The notes below the pieces were generated by a model that saw nothing but the letters and a program-made list of their open reading frames with translations, searched no databases and was not told the DNA's origin. Positions 18,696 to 27,952 of a stretch of 64,000 bases of DNA are shown here, piece by piece (position 1 is the first letter of the stretch; each line of letters starts with the position of its first letter). A program made the position numbers and the translations under genes. The stretch comes from a bacterium (GTDB lineage Bacteria; UBA8248; JACPRG01; G963555815), in NCBI GenBank assembly GCA_963555815.3, contig CAUVWX020000001.1, positions 224,001-288,000 of the forward strand. Direction: 5' to 3'.

Positions 18696-20516
18696 TCAAG
18701 CGACGGTGACGGATTTCGCCAGGGCCCTCGGGCGGTCGATGTTTCGCTTGAGGCCCGTAGCGGCGAAATAGGCGAAGAGCTGGGAGGCCACCAGGTGGAG
18801 GAAAGGGGTGATGAGCGGTGATCCTGGAGGAAGGGCGATCCCCTCATCGCAGACGGCCCGGGCCTCCTCGTCCCCGTCGAAGTAGATCCCGATGACAAGG
18901 CCCCCGCGGGCCCGAACCTCCTCGATATTGCTGAGGGTGAGGGCGTGGACTTCTCCCTCCTCGGGGCTGGGGATCAGGAAGAAGGAGGTCATCCCGTCGT
19001 CAATGAGGGAGATGGTGCCGTGCTTTAGAAAACCTGCCGACATGCCTTCGGCGTGAAGGTAGGTCACCTCCTTCATTTTCAGGGCGGCCTCCAGGGCGAC
19101 GGCGTAGTGAATCCCCCGGCCGAGATAGAGCCAGTTTGCGGCCTTGAGGTGGCGGTGGGCGACAGAGCGGATAAAGCCCGAGCGCTCGTTGAGAACTTCC
19201 TGAATGAGGGCGGGAAGGCCCTCAACCTCTTTTCGTATGCGCTTTCGGTCCGCCTGGCTGAGATGGCCTATGATACGCCCGAGCTCGACGGCCACGAGGA
19301 GAAGGATGATCATCTGAGAGAGGGCGGCCTTGGTGCTGAGAACACAGATCTCCGGCCCTGCCCCCTGCAAGATAGCCAGATCTACCAGGCGAGCCATCGA
19401 GGAGCCTTGAACGTTCAGGACAGCGGCCGTCTTCGCCCCGCTTTCCCGTGCGCAGCGCAGCGCGCTCAGGGTATCGTAGGTCTCCCCAGATTGGGAAACG
19501 GCAATGACGAGGGTCTCCTTGTCGACCTCGGCGAGAGGCTTGAACTCATCGCTGCTAATGGCGGGAAGGTAGCGCTTTGAGAGCTGGGTAAAGAGATACT
19601 GGGCCACCAGGCTGACGTAGTAAGTGGTCCCGGTCCCCACCAAATAGGTCCGGCGGCAAGACTCGATCTGTCTCGCCAGTTTCCCCAGCGTTTTCTCATC
19701 CAGCTTCAGGGCCTGGGCCACCGTGAGGGGTTGCTCGTAGATCTCTTTGAGCATGTAGTGGGGGTATCCCCCTCGCTTTGAGGTCTCGGCGTCCCAATGG
19801 ATCTCCGTGACTTCCTTTCTCTTGGGCCGGGCCGTGTGGAAATTCTTCACCTCAAAGCCGTCCTTGGTCACGATGGCCATTTCCCCATCATCCAGGACAA
19901 CAGCGTGTTTGGTGAATTCGATGAACCCGTTGAAATCTGAGGCGACGAAGTGACAACTATCGCCAATCCCCAAGATGAGTGGGCTCTCCCTCTTGGCACA
20001 CAGGATGCGGTCAGGCGCACTGAGGGAGACGAGGGCGATGGCGAAGCTGCCGTCCAGTTCCCCCAGCGTTTTCCGGAAGGCCTTCTCCAGACCGAGGCCG
20101 GCTTGCAGGTATTCCTCGATCAGATGAGGCACCACCTCGCTGTCTGTATCAGATCGAAAATGATGCCCCGCCGCCAGGAGGCGTTCCCGAAGCGGGCGCA
20201 GGTTTAAGATGATCCCATTATGAACAACAGCGGTCTCACTCCGGCAGCAATAGTGGGGGTGGGCGTTGGCCTTGCTGACCTTGCCGTGTGTCGCCCAGCG
20301 AGTGTGGGCAATCCCGACGTGGCCCTTGACCTGAGTGAGGGCCTCCTTATCATTGACCTCCTCCACGGTCCCGATATTCTTTCTCATCATCATGCCTTTG
20401 GAATTAAGCACCGCAACGCCGCAGGAGTCGTATCCTCGATACTCCAGGCTTCGGATGCTCTGAAAGAGATCGGAGGCGATATCTCGGTAGCTGGCGATGC
20501 CGCTGATGCCGCACAC
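18696..20516 (-). CDS. glmS: Glutamine-fructose-6-phosphate aminotransferase
   Basis: MCGI, LEYRGYDS, HTRWATHG, SQSGET, LKHG, PRALAKSVTV. Confidence 0.97.
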   Translation of the reverse strand: MCGISGIASYRDIASDLFQSIRSLEYRGYDSCGVAVLNSKGMMMRKNIGTVEEVNDKEALTQVKGHVGIAHTRWATHGKVSKANAHPHYCCRSETAVVHNGIILNLRPLRERLLAAGHHFRSDTDSEVVPHLIEEYLQAGLGLEKAFRKTLGELDGSFAIALVSLSAPDRILCAKRESPLILGIGDSCHFVASDFNGFIEFTKHAVVLDDGEMAIVTKDGFEVKNFHTARPKRKEVTEIHWDAETSKRGGYPHYMLKEIYEQPLTVAQALKLDEKTLGKLARQIESCRRTYLVGTGTTYYVSLVAQYLFTQLSKRYLPAISSDEFKPLAEVDKETLVIAVSQSGETYDTLSALRCARESGAKTAAVLNVQGSSMARLVDLAILQGAGPEICVLSTKAALSQMIILLLVAVELGRIIGHLSQADRKRIRKEVEGLPALIQEVLNERSGFIRSVAHRHLKAANWLYLGRGIHYAVALEAALKMKEVTYLHAEGMSAGFLKHGTISLIDDGMTSFFLIPSPEEGEVHALTLSNIEEVRARGGLVIGIYFDGDEEARAVCDEGIALPPGSPLITPFLHLVASQLFAYFAATGLKRNIDRPRALAKSVTVA

Positions 20517-20521
20517 AGCTC

Positions 20522-21727
20522 TTAAGTCCCCCGGGTGATGGTCCCGTGGTGGGGGATGATGGTAGCGGCAGGGATGACGGTCCCGGCCAGAAGGGTGTTC
20601 CCGGCGCCGATGATGGCCCCATCGCCGATGAAGGAACCCAGCTTCTCCATCCCCGTTTCCACGAGGGCCCCATCCTGATGGGCCTGGACCGTTGTGCCGT
20701 CTAAATTGGTGTTGACCGTCATCGTCCCTGATCCAATGTCGACCCCCTCCCCCACCACACTATCCCCGATAAAAGAGAGGCGGCCCACCTTAGCGGAGCC
20801 AAAAAGGACGCAGTTCTTCAACTCGACCCCATAGCCGATGACCGATTTGGGACCAATGCTGGTATAGCGACGAATGAGGACGTTGTTGCCAACGAAAGTG
20901 CCGGGGCCGATGTAACAGGGGCCCTGCAAAACTGTCCCTGATTCGATCACCACCTCGTCCCCGATCCGGACCGGCCCGTCCACCTTGACAGAGCCACGCA
21001 ACTGGACGGAATCGGAGATGACGGCCTCGTGCCAGCCGTCCATGACCATCCGGTTGGCCCGAAGAATGTCCCAAGGGTGCTGCGTATCGACCCAATCCTC
21101 CTCCCAGATAGAGGACCGCAAGCCCTCTGTCGAGATGAGGTTCCCAAGGGCCTCCTCCATGTTGGCCCCGAACTTCTCGAGACGGTTAAAGAAATCCTGG
21201 GGAAGGACGAAGACGCCGGCCAGGACGTAGTTCCCATGACGAGGCTGCATTGGCTTCTCGACCAGCCGCGTGATCCGCATTTCGTTGTCCAGGTAGACAT
21301 TGCCGAAGGCCTCGGCGGAAGGGGTCAGGCAGATGGCCGCGACCGCAGAGCGGAAGGAGTGGAAGGACTGGATGGTCTGCCAGTAGATGTTCCCGGCCGT
21401 CAGGACATCCCCGTAGACCAGGAGAAAGAAGTCCCCCGGATGGACCCGCCCCCGGGCGTGAAGGAGAGCGTCTCCGATCCCCCCCCCATCCTCCTGGGCG
21501 ACGTAGGAGATGTTCACGCCAAAATCGTGACCCCGGCCGAAATGGGATAAGATCTGTTCCTGGCAATGCCCGACGACCAAGATGAGATCGTGAATGCCCA
21601 CTTCTTTGAGGAATACGACGGTGTTCTCCAACAGAGAACGACCGCTCACGGAGATCATGGGTTTCGGGCGGGTGGTCGTGAAGGGTTTTAGGTCATCGCC
21701 CCCTCCAGCCAGGATGACTGCCTTCAT
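20522..21727 (-). CDS. Archaeal-type bifunctional sugar-1-phosphate nucleotidyltransferase/acetyltransferase
   Basis: MKAVILAGG..PFTTTRPKPM, PWDIL.AN, hexapeptide repeats, ELKNC, SFIGDSVVG, TGMEKLGSFIGD. Confidence 0.85.
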   Translation of the reverse strand: MKAVILAGGGDDLKPFTTTRPKPMISVSGRSLLENTVVFLKEVGIHDLILVVGHCQEQILSHFGRGHDFGVNISYVAQEDGGGIGDALLHARGRVHPGDFFLLVYGDVLTAGNIYWQTIQSFHSFRSAVAAICLTPSAEAFGNVYLDNEMRITRLVEKPMQPRHGNYVLAGVFVLPQDFFNRLEKFGANMEEALGNLISTEGLRSSIWEEDWVDTQHPWDILRANRMVMDGWHEAVISDSVQLRGSVKVDGPVRIGDEVVIESGTVLQGPCYIGPGTFVGNNVLIRRYTSIGPKSVIGYGVELKNCVLFGSAKVGRLSFIGDSVVGEGVDIGSGTMTVNTNLDGTTVQAHQDGALVETGMEKLGSFIGDGAIIGAGNTLLAGTVIPAATIIPHHGTITRGT

Positions 21728-21950
21728 CCACCGCTCCTTCCCCGCCTGGTCCCTCGAAGACGGGCCCTGTAAGACATCCTAGCCTCCGGCGGGATGGTCG
21801 AATTCTCAGTCAGACAACCCAATGTCAAGACCACCCCCTTCTCCACCAACACCTTAATTATAACGGTGCTCGCTCCGATGACGCAACCTGAGCCCAGGCG
21901 GCTTCGACCGGGGGCGTAGACGCCAGGGTAGAGATACGTGCCGGTCCCAC
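21724..21950 (-). pseudogene. Vestigial GlmU beta-helix fragment, out of frame with the upstream nucleotidyltransferase
   Basis: Manual translation GTGTYLYPGVYAPGRSRLGSGCVIGASTVII..ENSTIPPEARMSYRARLRGT resembles the first GlmU LbH coils; no start codon of its own. Confidence 0.6.
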
Positions 21951-22757
21951 TTAAACGGCCTCCCCCGCCCGTCTTCTGAGAATCTCCTCAGCCTGGTTCA
22001 GATCCTCGCGGCTGTTGATCCCCAGGGCTTCCTCAAAGGGCACCCTTTGGGCGGAGACCCGCAAGCCACTGTGGACTGCCCCCTCGACGATGTCGGTGAG
22101 CAGAAACTCCCCCTGCCGCTTCTTGGACGAAATGGCAGAGAGGGCCTCAAACACCCAAGGGAGGGCAAAACAATAAGCCCCTGCATTGAGCTCCCGGATG
22201 GCCTGATTCTCACGCGTGAGGTCAGCCTCCTCGACGATGCGGACCACTTGCCCCTCCCCGCCCCGCACGACCCTCCCGTACCCTGCGGGGTGTTGAGCCT
22301 CAAAGGTTAGAAGGGTCACCGCCGCCCCATCCACTCGGTGAGTCTCGAGGAAGGAGGCGACGGTCTTCGGCCTCAGGAGAGGGACATCCCCGCTCAGGAC
22401 CAGAAGATGTCCACTATCGTTGTGAAGGGAAGACGCTGTCTGGAGGAGGGCATGGGCCGTCCCAAGCTGCTCGGCCTGAAGGACCACCTCGACGGGTGGA
22501 TTCTCCTCTCCCTGCAGGAACTCTTCGACCTGCCCCCTTTGATGGCCTACCACTGTCACGATCCGATCCGGCTTGAGGGCGTGTGCAGTGGCGAGGACGT
22601 GGCCGATCAGGGGAGTCCCGGCCAGGCGATGGAGCACCTTCGGCCGTGAGGAGCGCATTCGCACTCCGCGGCCGGCGGCCAGGATAACGATGATGATTCT
22701 TCCCTGCCCGGAAGGAGAATCCGAAACAGAGGGCGATAGGCTCTCGGGAAGATCCAA
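21951..22757 (-). CDS. glmU: GlmU N-terminal uridyltransferase domain only (truncated)
   Basis: ILAAGRGVRMRS.RPKVLH, EQLGTAHA, GDVPLL, GYGRVVR, ELNAG.Y, GEFLLTD, GINSR; stops after the linker helix. Start uncertain. Confidence 0.85.
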   Translation of the reverse strand: MDLPESLSPSVSDSPSGQGRIIIVILAAGRGVRMRSSRPKVLHRLAGTPLIGHVLATAHALKPDRIVTVVGHQRGQVEEFLQGEENPPVEVVLQAEQLGTAHALLQTASSLHNDSGHLLVLSGDVPLLRPKTVASFLETHRVDGAAVTLLTFEAQHPAGYGRVVRGGEGQVVRIVEEADLTRENQAIRELNAGAYCFALPWVFEALSAISSKKRQGEFLLTDIVEGAVHSGLRVSAQRVPFEEALGINSREDLNQAEEILRRRAGEAV

Positions 22758-22786
22758 AAGACACTCAGGGGGGAAACTCCGGCCGG

Positions 22787-23404
22787 CTAGCGGGCCGTCC
22801 GGATGGTCAATTCCTTGATCTTCGAGCGAAGCGTGTTGCGATTGATCCCCAGGATGTTCGCCGCTTTTATCTTGTTTCCGCCCGTCTCCTCCAACACCAT
22901 CTCGAGCAGGGGTTTCTCAATGCAGTGCATCACAAAATCGTAGAGGTCCCCCTTTTTGCCGGGGTCAGCCCGCTTGACGACTTTGCGAAGGCGTTCCAGA
23001 AGGAGGCCCGAGACACTCTCTAGATTTCTCATTCGTTGAAGGTCTCGACGGACCTTCTGATCCTCCAGAGCCCGGTCGATAAGGAGTGACACCTCCTCGG
23101 GGAGGAAAGGCTTCATGAGAAAGCCGAAGGCCCCCTCTTTCATCATCTCTAAGGCATTCCGTTTGGCCGAGGGGTGGGCCATCAGAACGAGCTTTGGATT
23201 CAACTCCTTACGCCGTTCCATGAGGAGTGACGCGCCGCTTCGAATCCCGACGAAGGCCAAAAGGAAGCGTTGGCCTCGAAGGGTCTCAGAGGGTCCCAGG
23301 CCATCTATGGAGACGAGCTCCACGTCCAGGGTTTTTGAGCCCGCGTCCAGGGCCGCTCGCGTCTCCGGATCCTTGGTGAGGAAAAACACCTTCTCGGCAG
23401 ACAT
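22787..23404 (-). CDS. Degenerate receiver domain fused to a Fis-type HTH
   Basis: EGAFGFLMKPF receiver end; IEKPLL..VLEETGGNKIKAANILGINRNTLRSKI Fis HTH; no AAA+ domain. Confidence 0.85.
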   Translation of the reverse strand: MSAEKVFFLTKDPETRAALDAGSKTLDVELVSIDGLGPSETLRGQRFLLAFVGIRSGASLLMERRKELNPKLVLMAHPSAKRNALEMMKEGAFGFLMKPFLPEEVSLLIDRALEDQKVRRDLQRMRNLESVSGLLLERLRKVVKRADPGKKGDLYDFVMHCIEKPLLEMVLEETGGNKIKAANILGINRNTLRSKIKELTIRTAR

Positions 23405-23520
23405 CTTAAGACGCCCTCTGGTCCATCAGAATTTAGAAGGGAGAGTCCCTTGCCGGGTCCCTGGGGTTCTCGATTCGTTTGACCTATATTTTAGGAGTGC
23501 GCATTGGAGAAAACAGAAAA

Positions 23521-23549
23521 ATGGTATCGAGGGTCTCATGTGCCGTCAA
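23521..23549 (-). promoter_or_regulatory. Candidate sigma70 promoter of the Fis/glm cluster
   Basis: Minus strand TTGACG-17 nt-TACCAT. Confidence 0.55.
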
Positions 23550-23635
23550 GGGAAAAATGCCCTCTGCAAAAAAAAACTCCTGCCCTCTTCGTTCGAAAAT
23601 TGTCCGAAAAAATTTCTCCGCCTTTGAGATTCCGC

Positions 23636-24229
23636 CTAGCGCCTGCGGTGGTTATCAATCCCATGGTAGGCCTCGATGTAATCCACGATCAGTTTTTCAT
23701 CGAATGCCTCCAGCTCCTCTATCCGGCGCCAGGCAGTGAGGACAATGAGGGGTTCCATATCAGGATAGGGGGCCGCGATGACGAACTCCGGATACCGCTT
23801 CACAACGGCTTCAATCTTCTGAATGAGATCAGCACAATCCTGACAGCGATATTGGACGAGGACCCCTCCATCCTCGAGGTTATGAATCTGGAGGGCCTTT
23901 GGGAGGGGTGCCCGGTGAACACCCCAAGGGGCGATGAAAGGAAGATGAGGTCCCGACGTGGGTGGGTTGCTGTTATAGGGGAAGGGGATCCGTGCTTGAG
24001 CTTCAGAGATGTGTCGATGCCCCTGGCTGGCCAGGACTCTCCCAAGGGAGTCCCGTGAGGTCAACTGATAGATGCCAAAGGCGATGCCTGCCAAAACGAG
24101 AAGGGAAATCCCATACCCGATCCGCTTTCGCGATGCCTTGGTCCGGCGCTTGGTGCGCTCCTGTTTTTGTACCTCCTGCGACTTCCGGCGATCGGGGCGT
24201 TTTTCCCCTTTTTTCGGGCCCTTCTTCAC
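23636..24229 (-). CDS. DUF3105-family membrane-anchored protein
   Basis: Basic N-terminus, TM, then QG.RH, YNSNPPTSGPH, HNLEDGGV, LTAW; GTG start chosen from a GAGGGAGG RBS. Confidence 0.8.
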   Translation of the reverse strand: MKKGPKKGEKRPDRRKSQEVQKQERTKRRTKASRKRIGYGISLLVLAGIAFGIYQLTSRDSLGRVLASQGHRHISEAQARIPFPYNSNPPTSGPHLPFIAPWGVHRAPLPKALQIHNLEDGGVLVQYRCQDCADLIQKIEAVVKRYPEFVIAAPYPDMEPLIVLTAWRRIEELEAFDEKLIVDYIEAYHGIDNHRRR

Positions 24230-24457
24230 CCTATGTCCTCCCTCATCCACAAGTCTCGCTTGTGGTCGCAATCCCCCACCTGACACCTCTGCAATGGGGC
24301 TTTGTCAACAAGAGACTGTATGTTGTAGCCAAGATCCACTTTTTACACAAGCCCAGAAGCAATTCTATCTCTCATTCCCAGTCGGATGGAAGGGGCCTTC
24401 GCCAGAACCCGAGGAGCCAGGTCCCTCTCCCTGCCCTGCCGGTCAATGAATTCAGCG

Positions 24458-24486
24458 TTGACAGAGGCCCCCCGCCCATTTAGGCT
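24458..24486 (+). promoter_or_regulatory. Candidate sigma70 promoter
   Basis: TTGACA-17 nt-TAGGCT upstream of 24543. Confidence 0.55.
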
Positions 24487-24542
24487 TGACAGGATTTGCC
24501 AACATTGATTGACCCCTCGACAAAAGAAAGGGGTTCGCCTAT

Positions 24543-25586
24543 ATGCAAATTTTCAAGCCGCAAATACTTCGGGGGATCATTCTCTTCTTCATGGTGCTCC
24601 TGGGGAGCCCAGGCATCCCTTGGGCCCAGGACCGCACCGACATCCTCGGCCCGCTGCCCCTGCGAAACCACCAACCCCTTCATCTCCTCTTCTATGAGTT
24701 CGTCCCCGAGCGAGCCTACGCGCTCCGCCAGGGCTCCTATCTCGTCCGCCTCGATATGACAGAGACCAACACCATTCTGGACGACTTGAACAAGGAGCCT
24801 TCCTTTATCGCGGACCTGGAGATGAGCCGTTTCACGTGGCGGGGCCTCTACGGCCTCTCGCACAACGTGACCGTCGGGATCGAGGTCCCCCTCGTCCACA
24901 CCTTTGGGGGCATCCTGGACCCCTTCGTCGAAGGGACCGAGCGCCTCTTAGATGAGCTCCGTGAGGATCGGCGCTTGGAGAACGACGGGGACTTCCGCTT
25001 CTTCCTGGACTCCCTGGGGGACCGGATTTTAGAAGGGAACCGGGGGGCCTTTGGGATCGGGGACGTGGCCCTGGAGGGGATGTGGCAGTTTTTGGAGGAG
25101 AGAGGCCCCTTCATCCCCGCCATGACCCTAAGGGGTGCGATCAAGTTCCCAACCGGAGACCTGGATCGCGTCTTCGGGAGCGAAAAGTTCGACGGGGCCA
25201 TGGGTTTTGCGGCGCAGAAGATCTGGGGTCGCTGGAGCGCCTCCGCCAATTTCGGCCTGATCATCATCTCCGACCCCTTTGATCGGCCGGAGATTAAGAC
25301 AAAGCCGGTGATCGCCAGCGGGAGCTTTTCCCTGGAGCGCCTCATCACATCCACCATCTCTCTCATCCTCCAGGCCAACAACGCCAGCGCGCCCTTTGAA
25401 AGGACAGGGTCGCCCACGGTGCGGCCCCTCAGTGACTCGACCCATGAGGTGGCCTTCGGCATCAAGTGGGGCTTTGGAAAGGCTGGCCTCCTTCAGTTCG
25501 CCTTTGTGGAAGATTTCGCCGATCGGGCAGCAGTAGACGCCGATATCACCTTCCTCCTCTCCCTCGGCCATCGGTTCGGACAGTGA
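24543..25586 (+). CDS. DUF3187-like outer-membrane beta-barrel protein
   Basis: Signal peptide, GPLPLRN.QP, GG.LDPFVE, GIGDV.L, K.PTGD, terminal aromatic strand. Confidence 0.7.
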   Translation: MQIFKPQILRGIILFFMVLLGSPGIPWAQDRTDILGPLPLRNHQPLHLLFYEFVPERAYALRQGSYLVRLDMTETNTILDDLNKEPSFIADLEMSRFTWRGLYGLSHNVTVGIEVPLVHTFGGILDPFVEGTERLLDELREDRRLENDGDFRFFLDSLGDRILEGNRGAFGIGDVALEGMWQFLEERGPFIPAMTLRGAIKFPTGDLDRVFGSEKFDGAMGFAAQKIWGRWSASANFGLIIISDPFDRPEIKTKPVIASGSFSLERLITSTISLILQANNASAPFERTGSPTVRPLSDSTHEVAFGIKWGFGKAGLLQFAFVEDFADRAAVDADITFLLSLGHRFGQ

Positions 25587-25598
25587 GACCGGGAAGGC

Positions 25599-25627
25599 TT
25601 GACAGGGGCCAGTCCTGCGGATAATAT
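25599..25627 (+). promoter_or_regulatory. Candidate sigma70 promoter of hpnH
   Basis: TTGACA-17 nt-TAATAT. Confidence 0.5.
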
Positions 25628-25812
25628 TTTATCTCATATCGGACGTCAGGGCGTTTTCCCCTGTCTGCTAGACACAAGGGTGCAGAGGACCGCTAACCAT
25701 TTATGTTGTCAGGAGTTAGAGAGACGGAAGTCGAGCTTCTTCCAGAGGGCCCCAAGCAGCTTTGCGCGCTACTTCCTCTGGGACCGGGGAAATACCGGAT
25801 AGGAAATAGGCC

Positions 25813-26931
25813 GTGTCAGTTCCCCTGATTCAGCAGATTCGCGTTGGCGCATACGTGCTCAAGAAGCGCATCAGCGGGACCAAGAGATATCCGCTGGTGC
25901 TCATGCTCGAGCCCCTGTTCCGTTGCAACCTGGCCTGCGCCGGCTGCGGCAAGATCGACTATCCAGATCCCATTCTAAACCTGCGCCTGAGCGTCCAAGA
26001 ATGTCTGGAGGCGGTCGACGAGTGTGGAGCTCCCATCGTGTCCATACCCGGAGGCGAGCCCCTCCTGCACCGTGAAATCGGCGAGATCGTCGAGGGGATC
26101 GTCACCCGCAAGAAGTTCGTCTATCTGTGCACCAACGCCCTCTTGCTGGAAAAAAAGCTCCACCTGTTTAAGCCCAGCCCCTATCTCACCTTCTCCATCC
26201 ACCTCGACGGCGACCAGGAGCATCATGACGCCTCTGTCTGTCAGGAGGGCGTGTACGACCGGGCGGTCAAGGCGCTCCAGGCGGCCCGCGAAAAGGGCTT
26301 CCGCGTCAACATCAACTGCACGCTGTTCGACGGGGCTGAACCGGAGAACGTGGCGAAGTTCTTCGACGACGTCATGACCTTCGGCATCGAAGGGATCACC
26401 GTATCCCCGGGCTACGCCTACGAACGGGCGCCGGACCAGGAGCATTTCCTCAGCCGCCAGAAGACCAAGCAACTCTTCCGTGACATCTTCCGTTACGGCA
26501 AGGACCGCCACTGGTCCTTCAGCCAGTCGACCATGTTCCTCGACTTTCTGGCTGGCAACCAGCAGTATCACTGCACCCCGTGGGGCAACCCGACGCGCAA
26601 TATCTTCGGGTGGCAGCGGCCGTGCTACCTCCTTGGCGAAGGCTACACCTCGTCCTTCAAGGAGCTGTTGGAAGAGACCGAATGGGACATGTACGGCACC
26701 GGCAATTACGAGAAATGCTCCAACTGCATGGTCCACTGCGGCTATGAGGCCACCGCCGTCACCGACACCCTAGCCCACCCGCTGAAGGCCCTCATGGTCT
26801 CCCTGAAAGGCGTCCGCACCGACGGCCCCATGGCCCCGGAGATCCCCCTGGGCAAGGCGCGGCCTGCCGAATACGTCTTCTCAGAACATGTCGAGGAGGC
26901 GATGGCGGAGCTGAGCGGGGAGGCCAAATAG
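25813..26931 (+). CDS. hpnH: Adenosyl-hopene transferase (radical SAM)
   Basis: YPLVLMLEPLFRCNLACAGCGKI, CTPWGNPTRN.FGWQRPCY, C.NCMVHCGYE. Confidence 0.95.
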   Translation: MSVPLIQQIRVGAYVLKKRISGTKRYPLVLMLEPLFRCNLACAGCGKIDYPDPILNLRLSVQECLEAVDECGAPIVSIPGGEPLLHREIGEIVEGIVTRKKFVYLCTNALLLEKKLHLFKPSPYLTFSIHLDGDQEHHDASVCQEGVYDRAVKALQAAREKGFRVNINCTLFDGAEPENVAKFFDDVMTFGIEGITVSPGYAYERAPDQEHFLSRQKTKQLFRDIFRYGKDRHWSFSQSTMFLDFLAGNQQYHCTPWGNPTRNIFGWQRPCYLLGEGYTSSFKELLEETEWDMYGTGNYEKCSNCMVHCGYEATAVTDTLAHPLKALMVSLKGVRTDGPMAPEIPLGKARPAEYVFSEHVEEAMAELSGEAK

Positions 26932-27075
26932 CGGGGGCGTACGCACACCCGCTCGGTTTAAGAAAATCCCCCTCAGCTCATCTCGGACATCGGCAAGAAA
27001 GAGACCCAGGCTGGCGGGGACCCGATATAAAGAACTTGATAGGGCATCTCTGAGGCTTAGAAGGGGTGAAAGGAA

Positions 27076-27813
27076 TTGGCCATTCAGCATAAACAGAACC
27101 GGTATAGACAGAATCGGCGAACACCTCCGGGGCCGTTGGCGGGCCTTTGGTCGTGGCAGTATTACGACGTCCGCAAGATGTTCGGGATCCTCCTAAACCC
27201 CACGGTGAAGTCCTACTATAAGATGTTTCCAAAGATCTTACCCCTGGGCTCACAGTTCCCGGAAATAGAGCTGGAGATCGCAGCCGGGGGGAAGATCAAC
27301 ACAAAACAGCTTCGATGGAAAAAGCACTTTGTCCTCCTCACCGGGTCCATCACCTGACCGCCAAGCCGGAGGCAGTTGCCTCTTATGGAAGAGCTGGCAA
27401 GAAAGTATAGGGACAGGGATGTGGAGATATTTCTCATGTATGTCCAGGAACCCCATGCGGGGAACCGGGGCTATCGCCAGTTCCGAAAGGGGGGTTTTCG
27501 CAAGTACCGATTTCACGAGAGTGATGAGCATAAGATGGAGGTCGCGAAGCTCCTTGTGAAAAAGCACGGTTTAACCATCCCCTGCTTGGTGGATGGCGTT
27601 GACGAGAAGGTCCACCGGATCATTGGAGGACTCCCGAACCTTGTCTATGTGGTGAATAAGGAGGGGGAGATAGTGTACAAGTGCAGCTGGACAGACGCCG
27701 ACGTCATTGACGACATTTTGGCACAGCTCGTGACGGCGGATGACCCATCTCGCCCTGTCCAAAAGACGATGGACGACCGCCGTGTCCCGGGACGGATCCC
27801 CGTTGAGGTCTGA
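27076..27813 (+). CDS. Deiodinase-like thioredoxin-fold selenoprotein (UGA 27355-27357 read as Sec)
   Basis: ORFs 27076-27357 and 27376-27813 share a frame; joined they read VLLTGSIT-U-PPSRRQLP..MYVQEPHAG..LVDGVD..GGLPNLVYVVNKEGEIVYK, matching deiodinase motifs. Start may instead be ATG 27178. Confidence 0.82.
27368..27383 (+). promoter_or_regulatory. Bacterial SECIS-like hairpin
   Basis: GGAGGC-AGTT-GCCTCT stem-loop; the GAGGC stem starts after an 11-nt spacer from the UGA and the loop contains GU. Confidence 0.65.
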
Positions 27814-27952
27814 AAACCTGGAGCCAGTCAGGGTTGGCCTGAGGCGACCCTTTGCCAAGCGAAAGGCGGGCTAAAAGGTGACGGCACAAAGAAACCTCTT
27901 CTCATTGCGTTTCCCGGCCAACGTCATGCGCCCCCATAAGAGAGCGGATACA

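Noticed and set aside
20517..20521. glmS ribozyme
   Set aside because: Only 5 nt separate glmS from the upstream gene.
23238..23250. TTCGAATCCC as a tRNA T-loop
   Set aside because: Inside a CDS with no cloverleaf.
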